Positions 38,936 through 48,911 of a stretch of 64,000 nt of DNA are shown here, piece after piece. Both the position numbers and the translations under genes were made by a program. Positions within the stretch are counted from its first letter, which is position 1, and each line of letters starts with the position of its first letter. A model generated the notes under the pieces. That model was not told the origin of the DNA and did no database searches. It was given only the letters and a program-made list of their open reading frames with translations. The stretch is from Nitrospirota bacterium. Its GTDB lineage: Bacteria; Nitrospirota; UBA9217. The stretch is taken from assembly GCA_963818475.1 (NCBI GenBank), contig CAWFSF010000001.1:160001-224000 (forward strand), read 5' to 3'.

Positions 38936-40864
38936 TTAAAATGCCTGCACTGCTTCCATCAGCACACCCGCGCTCCCCGGCTCATGCACTGCCGCGGTCC
39001 TTGCTTCCTTCCATCGTCTTCGCAGCTTCTTCACGTCCTCGCCCTTCGCTTCCCGCGCCTTGAGCTTTCTGTCGATCGCCTCCAGCTGCGCCAGCGCCTC
39101 GCGTATGCCCTTATCCAGGTTCCGATACTTGACCGCATCGCTCTTCGGGATCGAGAAATCACCGCTCGTCTTCCAGATGTCGCCCAACTTCATCCATGCG
39201 GCAAAATTCTCGACCTTCCCGCCTTCCATGAGCTCTATTTTCGACAAGGCTTTGATGTCTCTGACGTGAATGCCGTTTTTGTCCGCCACCACCTTCTGGC
39301 TTCCATCGAACGGCTCAGCACCCTGGTTGTCCAAATAATGCCACGTTACGCGGGAGACCTGGATCTCCGAATCATGGCAGCTCCCGCAGGTGCGCGATTT
39401 CCCAAGCGGATGCGCCACTTGCTCCACCTGGAGCCAGGCGAGGTAGTTGTTGTTCCCGCCCGGGAAGTTGAAGGTCCCGAGCTGGGCATAGGCATCGTGG
39501 GTCTCGCCTTTTGGCCAGCGGAAGATGAGGCCCGGCTTCGGCAGGACGGTCTCCTTGATCCCGCCCGCACTGTTCGGCCAGATCTTGGTCGGTATCCAGC
39601 GCTTGTTCTGGTCCTTGATCAGGATCGGCGGCTCCATGGGACCGTAATAGAGTGAGTATTTCTTAAAGGGATTCGGCTTCCCGGCAATGAAGCCTGGTCC
39701 CCACGAGGTCATCTCGTATCCGCCCAGGATCTTCACGTGGCAGGCTTCGCAGGCCAGGTTTTTGTGCATGCTGACCGCCATGGCCTGCTCGACTTCGATA
39801 TGGCAATCCTGGCACGTGGCCTTGCGCTCGATATGGCCCATGCCGTCAGGGCCGGTCTGATGGCAGTCCGTGCACTCGATCTTTTTGCTGACATGCACGT
39901 CCTCGGGCAGGCCTGCAGGCTCGGAGAACTCCTTCCCGAGATAGCTGTCGCCGCGCCTCCGCTCCATCGTGCCTGCATGACAGACAAAAGTGCTCCTGCC
40001 GCCGCCCGTGCAGTTCGCCGAAGGCGGTGTTCTGCTGAATGCGTGGCTGCCCTTCTCCCGGGAAGGCGCATAATGGCAGTCGAGGCAGCCTGCATGGCAG
40101 ATGTTGCAGGCTTTCTGCTTGGCAATGGCCTGCTCACGAGTGAGCGGCTGGTTGATCTGCTCCACGATCTTCTGCGTGTTCTCGAAGGAGAACTTGTTTC
40201 CTTCTGCCCTGCCGACCGGCAAGGTGTCTGCAAAGGATGGCCCTCAATTATTGGGGCCATGGATATCGTTCCAGATCCGCATGGACCGCTGGCGGAAGTT
40301 CGAGCCCATAATGCTGGTGCTGAACTGCTTCACCTGGTCGGGATGGCAGTTGGACTTGCCGCAGGTCTTCTTCGCAATGGCCGGATCATACCCGAGCGTC
40401 AGCCTGTTCCGGTCGTGGTACAGCAGCGTTCCCACGTCGTAATCGAGCGAACCGTCAGCCGACCGCGGCAGCATTTCGCGCAAACGATCGTCGCCGGCGG
40501 GCAGGAGCTGTTTCACGTGGCCTTTTCGCTGCACACTATTAAGATTATTATCGAGGACAATGAGCTTCAGCATGCCCTGATGGGCAGTGGCGGGATCGTT
40601 CGACAGGCCGTTCCCCAGGTGGCAGTCACGGCATTCCGTGTTCGGATGGCGCGCTTCCTTTTGCACCTGCTCGCGGGTCATCACGAACTGCGGATAGCCG
40701 AGGCTGGTCATCTTCGCAGTGTCAGCGTGGCACTTAACGCAGCGGTCGCTGGAATGATAGCCGGAGTAGAGGGTGATAAAAAGAAGAACAAGGACCAACT
40801 GGGCCATAAGGATCGCCATGCCTTGCCTTGTTCCGAACCATTTCCAAAGTTTGCCGATAGCCAT
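38936..40864 (-). CDS. Membrane-anchored multiheme cytochrome c, probable selenoprotein (in-frame TGA at 40244-40246)
   Basis: ORFs 40244..40894 and 38936..40222 share a frame: HGPNN-TGA-GPSFADTLPVGR; 8 CxxCH plus CX4CH and CX9CH; N-terminal TM helix; SECIS-like hairpin after the TGA. Confidence 0.85.
40199..40243 (-). promoter_or_regulatory. Candidate bacterial SECIS element
   Basis: After UGA: GGGCCA UCCUUUGC AGACA CCUUGCC-GGUC-GGCAGGG CAGAAGGA; apical loop starts 27 nt after UGA. Confidence 0.75.
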
Positions 40865-40947
40865 AAGAACCACTTCGTCAATAGGGGGGGCCAAAAAGCA
40901 CGACCGCCCTGAGCATCATCTATATTCGCCGGCATATTCCGGACAGT

Positions 40948-41265
40948 TCATGCCACGCGAACCTTTCTATAGGTTTTTCTCATCGTGTCGATAAATTTCT
41001 TGGTGGCGAATTTTGAGGGAACCGTTCCCGCCGGCGCATCCAAACCTTCTAAAAAGGTGACATTGCGCAGCGTATAATATTCAATAATGTCCAGGGCATC
41101 CTGGCCAATCGCGGACCCATAGGTAAGATGGTATATTTCCCCATTCTTGAGATAGATCCTGACCAGGTCCTCGCTTGACTGCAAAACGGTTATAAAGAGT
41201 GAACCGCTCTTTTTGGCGTCGTGGAGCTCTTGCAGCACATCAGCGAAATTTCGATCTTGGGCCAT
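40948..41265 (-). CDS. Hypothetical protein, DUF4388/PATAN-like domain
   Basis: Start MAQDRN after AAGGAG; DVLQELHDAKKSGSLFI...RIYLKNGEIYH...G.DAL pattern. Confidence 0.6.
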   Translation of the reverse strand: MAQDRNFADVLQELHDAKKSGSLFITVLQSSEDLVRIYLKNGEIYHLTYGSAIGQDALDIIEYYTLRNVTFLEGLDAPAGTVPSKFATKKFIDTMRKTYRKVRVA

Positions 41266-41340
41266 TCTTATCTCCTTTGTACACTCTTGATCTGCTTCCG
41301 CAGCGTGAAACAAATGTCTTCTGCACACAAAGCGGCAACT

Positions 41341-42708
41341 TCAAAACAATCGCTCCATCGCCTCATCCACGGACCGTACGCCCAGAAGCTCCATCTTGTT
41401 CTTCGATGCCTTGTCCATCTTCTCCACATTGAGCGCCGGCAGCACGCACCGCTTGAACCCGAGCTTGGCAGCGTCCTTGATCCGGGCCTCGGCCTGGCTG
41501 ATGGCGCGGACCTCGCCGGCAAGGCCCACCTCGCCCATGACCACGGTCTGGGCGGCTATGGGCCGCTCGCGGAAGCTGGAGGCAACGGCAGCGATGATGC
41601 CGAGGTCGACGGCAGGCTCGTCGATCTTGAGGCCGCCCACGATATTGACGAACACATCCATGCCCATGAGCTGCATGCCGACGCGCTTTTCAAGGACCGC
41701 CAGGAGCAGCGACACGCGGTTATAATCCACGCCGATGCAGGTGCGGCGGGGCATGGTGAGCTTTGAGGGCGCCACCAGCGCCTGAAGCTCCGCCAGGATC
41801 GGGCGCGAGCCTTCGAGCGACGAGACCACGACCGAGCCGGTGGCGTCGGCCGGACGCTCGGCAAGGAAGATCTCGGAGGGATTGGCCACTTCGGCCAGGC
41901 CGCTCTCCTTCATCTCGAACACGCCGATCTCGTTCGTCGAACCGAAGCGGTTCTTGACCGCGCGCAGGATCCGGAAGGAATGGCCCTTGTCCCCCTCGAA
42001 ATACAGCACCGTGTCCACGATATGCTCCAGCACGCGCGGCCCGGCGATGGCGCCGTCCTTGGTCACGTGGCCGATCAGGAACGTCGGCATGCCCGTTTTT
42101 TTTGCATGGATCATGAGCCTGCCCGAGACCTCGCGGACCTGGCCCACGCTGCCGGGAGCGGACGGAAGCTCCGAGGTGAATACGGTCTGCACGGAATCGA
42201 CGACCAGCACCTGCGGCTCCAGCCCGTCTGCTGCACGGATGATCTCGTCGAGCGATGTCTCGGCCAGCACATAGAGGTGCTCGGCCTTGACGCCGAGCCG
42301 CTGGGCGCGCATCTTGATCTGCGCCGGCGATTCCTCGCCCGTGACATAGAGCGCCTTGCCCCGGAGCTCCGACACCTGCCGGAGCATCTGGAGCACGAGC
42401 GTGGACTTGCCGATGCCGGGGTCGCCGCCGATCAGGACAACCGATCCGGGGACGATCCCTCCGCCGAGCACGCGGTCCAGCTCGCCGATCTTCGTGACAA
42501 AACGGTCCTCGTCCCGGGCCTGGATCTCGTTCAGCAGGAGCGGTTCGGACCCGCCCTGGCGCTTCGCGCTCCCGATGTCCCTGGACTTTTCGACCTGCTC
42601 CTCGACCATGGTGTTCCAGGCGCCGCAGTCGGGGCATTTGCCCATCCACCGCGGCGACTGCGTGCCGCAGGACTGGCAAACGTAGACCGTTTTTATTCTT
42701 GTTTTCAT
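41341..42708 (-). CDS. radA: DNA repair protein RadA/Sms
   Basis: C4 zinc finger, GGDPGIGKSTL, KNRFG. Confidence 0.98.
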   Translation of the reverse strand: MKTRIKTVYVCQSCGTQSPRWMGKCPDCGAWNTMVEEQVEKSRDIGSAKRQGGSEPLLLNEIQARDEDRFVTKIGELDRVLGGGIVPGSVVLIGGDPGIGKSTLVLQMLRQVSELRGKALYVTGEESPAQIKMRAQRLGVKAEHLYVLAETSLDEIIRAADGLEPQVLVVDSVQTVFTSELPSAPGSVGQVREVSGRLMIHAKKTGMPTFLIGHVTKDGAIAGPRVLEHIVDTVLYFEGDKGHSFRILRAVKNRFGSTNEIGVFEMKESGLAEVANPSEIFLAERPADATGSVVVSSLEGSRPILAELQALVAPSKLTMPRRTCIGVDYNRVSLLLAVLEKRVGMQLMGMDVFVNIVGGLKIDEPAVDLGIIAAVASSFRERPIAAQTVVMGEVGLAGEVRAISQAEARIKDAAKLGFKRCVLPALNVEKMDKASKNKMELLGVRSVDEAMERLF

Positions 42709-42717
42709 CGTTAAAGC

Positions 42718-42746
42718 ATTTTAGTGGTTCACTGCTGGATTGTCAA
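42718..42746 (-). promoter_or_regulatory. Sigma70 promoter of radA
   Basis: TTGACA-N17-TAAAAT, 9 nt before ATG. Confidence 0.7.
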
Positions 42747-42846
42747 ACGCATTCTGGAGTTGATGAAGCGAACAGCAGGAGCGTCTGCCTGAATACGCTC
42801 AGGTCAGATGGCGGTCGCGGCAGGAGCGGCGCAAGGCGACAAAAGC

Positions 42847-42874
42847 TTGACAAATATTGCAACCATGCTATCTT
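42847..42874 (+). promoter_or_regulatory. Possible sigma70 promoter of the beta-barrel gene
   Basis: TTGACA-N16-TATCTT with TG extension. Confidence 0.5.
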
Positions 42875-42910
42875 TACATGAATCTATCGGCTCTTCAGGA
42901 GGACCTGGTT

Positions 42911-44119
42911 ATGAAAAAGCTCTTGACCTTTCTTGTGTTCATTGCATCGCTCACCGTGTTCACGACACACGCACCGGCAGCTCAGTTCAGCGTTGTCGGA
43001 CCACGGGCCCTCGGCATGGGGGGCGCTTCCGTCGCATCGGTGAACGACTCAACAGCCGTGTACTGGAATCCCGCGGCACTGGCCGACTTCAGGCGCGTCG
43101 ATATCCGCATCCCTGCAAGCGTGGGCACCCGGGACCATGTGGGCCTCGAGGATAAATGGGACAGGATCAACAACATCGACGCGCTCGTCCAAAGCGGCGA
43201 TCCTGCGGCGATCAATGAGACGATCAGCCTCCTGAATGATCTGAACAAGCCGAAATCCGGCGCGGACCTCGACGGATCAGCCGGCCTCCTGGTATCGGTC
43301 CCGATCGGCAATTCAGCCATCGCCCTGAGCGGAATGAGCCGGCTAAACGCAGGGATCTATCCTACCATTGACACCCTGCATACGAGCGCAACCTATACAC
43401 CGCCACAACCGGACTTCGTGGGGAACAACAACAGTGCAGTCTCCGGCATCGGCATGACCGCTGTTGAACCGGCAATCTCATTCGCCACGTCCTTTGGCGA
43501 CAAGCTCTTTGTCGGCGCGAACGCCAAAATGATCTACGCGGATACCTACGTCCACTCCGACGTTCTCACCTCGGACGACTTTGATACGTTTTCCGACAAC
43601 CTGGACAAGAGCAAGACCAGCTCCAGCAAGGCATCGGCCGATATCGGCATCCTGTTCAAGGCCTTTGACAGCCTCAGCATCGGCCTGGTCGGCCGGGACT
43701 TGACCTCGCCGTCCTTCCCGGTCGAAGGGCTGTTTGCACAAAAGCAGGCGGGCGGAGATGTGACACTGGCATCAGACACGCGTGAGATCAAGCTCGACCC
43801 CCAGTACCGGGCCGGCATTGCCTGGAAACCTCTCGAGACATTTACGGTCGCCATGGATTATGACCTGACGAAGAACAAGACGTTCACGCCAGGCTTCGAG
43901 GACCAGACCCTTGCCGTGGGATTGGAAAAGACCCTGTTCTCCGAGTATCTCAACCTCCGCCTCGGCGCATACAAGAACCTGGCAGAGAGCGGGACCAAAG
44001 CAGTATACACGGCAGGCATCGGGTTCAGGCTCTTCGCGCTTCGTCTTGATGTGGCCGGCGCCTATAACTCGGACAAGGATGAGGCCCAGGCTTCCGTGGA
44101 CCTTGCGCTCAGATTCTAA
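42911..44119 (+). CDS. Outer-membrane beta-barrel, TraF_2/FadL-like
   Basis: AGGAGG SD, signal peptide, GPRALGMGGASVA..DSTAVYWNPAAL, alternating beta strands, C-terminal LALRF. Confidence 0.82.
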   Translation: MKKLLTFLVFIASLTVFTTHAPAAQFSVVGPRALGMGGASVASVNDSTAVYWNPAALADFRRVDIRIPASVGTRDHVGLEDKWDRINNIDALVQSGDPAAINETISLLNDLNKPKSGADLDGSAGLLVSVPIGNSAIALSGMSRLNAGIYPTIDTLHTSATYTPPQPDFVGNNNSAVSGIGMTAVEPAISFATSFGDKLFVGANAKMIYADTYVHSDVLTSDDFDTFSDNLDKSKTSSSKASADIGILFKAFDSLSIGLVGRDLTSPSFPVEGLFAQKQAGGDVTLASDTREIKLDPQYRAGIAWKPLETFTVAMDYDLTKNKTFTPGFEDQTLAVGLEKTLFSEYLNLRLGAYKNLAESGTKAVYTAGIGFRLFALRLDVAGAYNSDKDEAQASVDLALRF

Positions 44120-44167
44120 CGCAGAGGTGATCAGTGCTTTCCTCTGACCAGAATGATCTTATAACAA

Positions 44168-44210
44168 TAGAAAAAGGCAGCTGGTCGTCATCGCCAGCTG
44201 CCTTTTTCTA
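44168..44210. terminator. Bidirectional intrinsic terminator
   Basis: TAGAAAAAGGCAGCTGG-N9-CCAGCTGCCTTTTTCTA between convergent genes. Confidence 0.85.
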
Positions 44211-44232
44211 TCGCCCGGAATGACCCTGGTGC

Positions 44233-45064
44233 TCAGAAACGCGGCATCGGTTCTGTCAGTGTGCCGCCGAGCGTGAACAGATAGTACCCTTCAGCGTCCT
44301 TGTTCTTGATCAAGGAGGTGATCCAGGACTGTTCCTGCGCCATCCGCTCGGACGGCTTCAGTTTAACGGCCAGGTTCATCATGCCCCGTTCGCGCAGCAC
44401 CAGGTCACCCGTGGCCGTGATCTTGAGCTCCTTGCCGTCCATCTCCAGCTTCTTCACCATCAGCCGGTCGCCCTTCACTTCGGCTTCGAGCCAGCATTGA
44501 TCAAAATCGAGGTCCGGTATTTTGAACCCTTTGACCGTGAGGTCCCGCGACGTTACGCCTTTGATCCAGAGCCGGCCCTTGCCGGAATCGCCGGTCATCT
44601 CGAAGTTCCCGCCGAGTTTGCCGGTAAGGTGGAACCCTGCGTCCCTGAGCAGCGGATAAGCGCCCATATCGAGCCCACTGGCGTCAATGAAAAGATACTG
44701 ACTGCCGGCCCCCTGCCGCGACTTGACCAGGAGCTCCCCGCTGTACGCCGACGATTTCATGGTGAGGGCGGTCAGGCCGCGGATCAGGCCGAAAAGCGAC
44801 ACCGTGGTCCTGACCGAGGGGCTTTCGAACAGGACCTTGCCGCTTTTGTCCGGAGACCACGACATCGGAAAGCACGACCGTGTTGAAGAACCGCGGCGAG
44901 ATCCGTGTGATGGCAAGCTCGAAGGGAGTGCGCAGCCTGACCTCCGATTCGATCCGGGTCTTGATCCGGTCGAAGGGGAACTGCAGGAGGAGAAAGATGA
45001 GGAACGCTGCAACAAAATAGCCAGCGAACAGTAGTCTTCGGATGATCGTTCTTTTATCAGGCAT
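44233..45064 (-). CDS. gspN: Type II secretion protein N (one +1 frameshift near 44850)
   Basis: N-terminal TM plus FPFDR motif in one frame, beta-rich remainder in the next; last gene of the operon. Confidence 0.8.
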
Positions 45065-45133
45065 GGTCGTCGGGAGTGTTGATGAGCATTTCTCCGGTTA
45101 GAGGGCCGGGCCGACGCAGGGGTAATGGATCGG

Positions 45134-45634
45134 CTATCCTGCGCTGGAAACGAGTATGGTCGCGTTCAGAAGCTTCGCGTTATCGAATCTGGGTTTAAAG
45201 TACAGCTTTTTAATGCGAAGCGTGTCCTTCTCGATCAGATACACATAGTTTACGACATCATAGAGCGTTATGTTGTCGAGCTTGATCTCGACGATGCTTT
45301 CCGTGACCCCGCCGGCCTGCACGCCCGCCTGCGGCTTGAGCGACACGATCTTGCTTGTGAGATTGGCCCGCTTCGTAAGGTTCTCGATCTCCGTGAGCAG
45401 GGGCCCGCGCTTTGACGCCGCCTCCTGGGCCTGCTGCAGCCGCAGCTGCATCTCCCGATACTGGTCGCGCAACTGTTTCATCTCGGCAAGGTCCTGCTCT
45501 TTTTTGGGAATAAGGTCACGTTTGCGCGCCAGATCGCTGGTCAATGGCGACAGGACGTAGGCATAGAGCACGATGACCAAAGCTGCGACACCGCCGATGA
45601 TGAGCGTTCTCTTGTCTTTAGGTTCAAGGCTCAT
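45134..45634 (-). CDS. gspM: Type II secretion protein M
   Basis: LEPKDKRTLIIGG TM, coiled coil, ferredoxin-like C-terminus; follows gspL. Confidence 0.85.
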   Translation of the reverse strand: MSLEPKDKRTLIIGGVAALVIVLYAYVLSPLTSDLARKRDLIPKKEQDLAEMKQLRDQYREMQLRLQQAQEAASKRGPLLTEIENLTKRANLTSKIVSLKPQAGVQAGGVTESIVEIKLDNITLYDVVNYVYLIEKDTLRIKKLYFKPRFDNAKLLNATILVSSAG

Positions 45635-45692
45635 AGAAGTCCTTCAGCCGCTAAGGGTTGTATGCAATTCATGGCAATCCTGTTTTCGCAAT

Positions 45693-47020
45693 TCATGTCG
45701 TCTCTTTGATCTTGATGTCGAGCCGGAACTTGACCTTGTTGTCCACGCCCATGCGCGTGTCCAGGACCGTCACCTCTCCGAACTGTGGAACTTTCAACAA
45801 TTCGGCCTTGATCTTGTCCACGGACTCGAACGAAGGCGCATCGCCCTGGAGCTTCAGCCGGTCGCCTTCCAGATTGAACTCGCTGAAGCTCACGCGCACT
45901 TCTTTCGGGATCCCTTCCGTGACCGCCCGCATCGCATCGAGCGCCGAGTTCCCCGAACCGAGCACGCCGAATTGTTTTCTCGCATTCGCAAGCTTGTCGC
46001 GCAGATATCGCAGCGGATCACCCGGCATTGCTTCCTGGGGAAAGAGCTGTTGATAGATAGCCCTTGATCTCGCGGTCCAGTTTGCCGTAGCTCGACTGCA
46101 CCATGGTGATCTTGACCCCGATATTGGTAGCAGCAAGCATCGCAGCAAGGGCACCGGCAATGATGAGCGATGCGTTTTCTCTTGCGGGTTCCTTCATCGG
46201 CAAGCCGGAAGGCATACTCGCCTTTCCGGAAGTTGATCTCTCCGGACAGGGCAAGGCCGAGGCTCACCGGCTCTTCGACCTTCTTGCCGTTATATTCCGG
46301 AACCACATGCTCCAGGACAATGCCGAGGTTTTCCCAGCCAACCGGATGCTCCCTGCCCAGCACAAGCACTTTCTCCACCTGTACGCCATGGACGGTTTCA
46401 AGTGCCTTCAGCGTATGGGCAGCGCCACCCGTTGCCGGTGATGCGGAAAAGCTCCGAAAAGCGATCACCATCTCACCGTTCTTCAGGCAGAGATCGTTGC
46501 CGGCAACGAAGAGGACCACTCCCTCCGTAGGAACCATGCGCGACACGGCAGCTAGACCGATCGGGGAAGGCACGAGCGCCTGCGGATCCAACCCGCCGGC
46601 AGCGAGCAGATCGAGCTGCTGACGCAGCTCTTTCTTCGGAAGCATGATGCTGAGCACCGGCGTCTCGCCTTTTCCCTTGCCGTCCTGGGCTGTCTCGCCC
46701 ACGACCATGTGGTCGATCACGACGTCATCGAGAGCATAGGGCACGCTGTCCTCAAGCTCGAAGGGCAGCGCCTTTTCCAGCCTTTTCCGGTCGCTGAAGG
46801 GAAAATGCAGCAAACGCTGGCTGAACCGCTCTCCCGGGATGGACGCAATGATCTTTGCGCCTGCCCAGTCGCGGGACCGCTCCGTAAGGACCGCGATGAG
46901 CTCCGCCTCGGTGCTAAAGGACGCGCTGAACGAGTCCTTCAGCTCCGTGCTGCGAAAGCCCTTCTCGACGACCGTCGCCGAGACCCGGGCCTGCTCTATG
47001 TGCAGTCCTACGATCTTCAC
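45693..47020 (-). CDS. gspL: Type II secretion protein L (two +1 frameshifts near 46170 and 46060)
   Basis: Actin-like N-terminus (KALPFELED), INFRKGEYAF, TM, PilN-like C-terminus across three frames. Confidence 0.82.
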
Positions 47021-47787
47021 TTAACGCTCCAATAAGAACCACCGGTCGATTCGATCTGCTTGGTATAGCCGCCCACGGTTGCATGGGAATAGATCGTGAG
47101 GGTCCCGTTCGCCATAACAAGATTTGGGTTAGTCGACGGATTCAATCCAACATCCGACAGTTTTTCGATCGGTTTGTCTTTTCTGTTGTTCAAGATCATA
47201 CCCACTGCAACCTTATTATCAAGAAGAACACTGTTCAGCACCACCTCAGAGGCGGTATTAATGTTTACTACATTATCCGAGCTCACGGTTAAATAATTTA
47301 CCACTTTGCTGTAATCTTCATCGGACATGCCCTTGTGCAGCTCGGACAGCAATTTGAATGGCTGCCCATTGCTGTTTCTCAGTTCCTGCACCTGGCGGAA
47401 CACATCGGTGCTGACCCCCCGCTGAGAGAACAGCTCTGCTATCCAGTTAGCTGTTGAAGCCAAATTCACAACATTGATGTTCAACTTGCCCCGCTCGTCT
47501 TCCCATTTGATCCTGACCTCGGTGTCGCCTGCGCTTATGACCGGAACTACACCCCATTCACCCTGAGGCACCAGCTCCTTTAATTCAGGAAATTTCATAG
47601 CGATGGCAACACCCGAACGTGCAAGAAAATAGGCCCGCTGGCTGTCGCGGAAATTCACCGCCCCCCGCAGACTGACCCGCGTGCCGTAGGCGAACTCGAA
47701 GATGAGCGCGATCAGGAGCGCGGTGACAAGAAGTACGATCAGGAGGGCCACTCCCCGGTCCCTATGCACGATCCCCTGTTTTCCCAT
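47017..47787 (-). CDS. gspK: Minor pseudopilin K
   Basis: RG|VALLIVLLV, EDERGKLNIN, VNINTAS..VL. Confidence 0.9.
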   Translation of the reverse strand: MGKQGIVHRDRGVALLIVLLVTALLIALIFEFAYGTRVSLRGAVNFRDSQRAYFLARSGVAIAMKFPELKELVPQGEWGVVPVISAGDTEVRIKWEDERGKLNINVVNLASTANWIAELFSQRGVSTDVFRQVQELRNSNGQPFKLLSELHKGMSDEDYSKVVNYLTVSSDNVVNINTASEVVLNSVLLDNKVAVGMILNNRKDKPIEKLSDVGLNPSTNPNLVMANGTLTIYSHATVGGYTKQIESTGGSYWSVK

Positions 47788-47792
47788 GGCAG

Positions 47793-48525
47793 CTAAAGGG
47801 CGTCCTTCGCCCGCACCTCGGTACTATACTGTTTGCCGCTCGATAAGATCAGCGTCATCTCGACGATTGGCGGTTTCCCTTTCGTTAGACAACTGTTCTT
47901 GTCGCCCCACTCATCGACCCATGTCAACCCGTCGTAGGAATATCGGAACCGCAGTTCGTCCACCTGGTCCGTGATCTCGTATTCAACTCCGCCTTCAAGC
48001 GGCGGGAGCATCCTTGCTCAGTTCCCGCTTTTCGCGCCGCATCAGGGAATAGCCTTTGCCGCCCGCTTTTTCCGTGAAGTAGTAGTCTGCTTCGAGGAGT
48101 TCCGTTTCTTTCGAATCCGGCCTCGGAAAATTCGTGAGCGTGGTCATGGCAAGGCTGTCATGCCGGCGCTTGACCCCTTCCGTTTCGACCTCTTCCTTCT
48201 TGCCGTAGAACACGGCGCTGGGCTTGTACGAGACATGGTCGCAGTCTGCGTTCTCAATGTCATGCGACAAACGCGCGATCAGTGTCCGTGCCAGGTCGGT
48301 CTCGTCGCGAAGGGCCTCGGCGCGCTCTACGCTCTGGCCTGCGGTAGAAAAGGTTGCATAGATCACCGTCATGACCACAGCAAGGATCGACATGGCCAGG
48401 AGCACTTCGAGCAGGGTAAAACCCTTCGCATTTCGGATTGCGGATTGCGGATTGCAGATCTTATCCCTTTTCACCTGCATTCCGCAATCCGAAATCCGAA
48501 ATCCGAAATTCAGAACCTTATTCAT
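47793..48525 (-). CDS. gspJ: Minor pseudopilin J (one +1 frameshift near 48005)
   Basis: KG|FTLLEVLLAMSIL; C-terminus LRFRYSYDGLTWVDEW in the next frame. Confidence 0.85.
48425..48510. repeat. Heptamer inverted repeat inside the gspJ leader peptide
   Basis: (TTGCGGA)n arm facing (ATCCGAA)n arm; translates as FGFRISDCG...NPQSAIRN. Confidence 0.85.
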
Positions 48526-48911
48526 AGCTCACCAGTTCCACCATGTCAAAGCGTTCGCCTTCTTTCCAAAGCACGGCAATACGCACTTCCATGACCTGCG
48601 GGATCGGTGTGGGAGCGATCGTCTTCTTCCAGCTATAATCCTTGTACACATCCCCATACACGTCCTCGGGGAACTCGCCTTCGTCCTCGGCAGGAAGCTG
48701 CGGTTTTTTTATGAGCGTCTCGGTCATCAAGCGCTTGGCAAGGAGCGTCGCCGTGGTGATCCGCTCGGCCTTCATGACGTCTTCCATGCTCCTGTTCTTG
48801 AGCCCCAGGAGCGACACGATGACCAGTGCCAGGATGGCCACCGCGATCATGACCTCAAGGAGGGTGAACCCGCTCTGGACCCCGGACCCTCGAACTCTGG
48901 ACCCTGCTCAT
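48518..48911 (-). CDS. gspI: Minor pseudopilin I (one +1 frameshift in leader)
   Basis: SG|FTLLEVMIAVAIL; ATG at 48911 after GGAGG is out of frame by one base within a heptamer repeat. Confidence 0.82.
48874..48905. repeat. Heptamer tandem (RGGGTCC-type) inside the gspI leader
   Basis: Minus strand AGGGTCC AGAGTTC GAGGGTCC GGGGTCC. Confidence 0.65.

Noticed and set aside
40244-40246. Genome-wide UGA reassignment (Trp/Gly) as the cause of read-through
   Set aside because: secY and rplP end at TGA at their expected C-termini and Trp is encoded by TGG, so UGA is normally stop.
42911-44119. Conjugative element suggested by the TraF-like label
   Set aside because: No other tra, relaxase or integrase genes; the sequence is a chromosomal FadL-like barrel.
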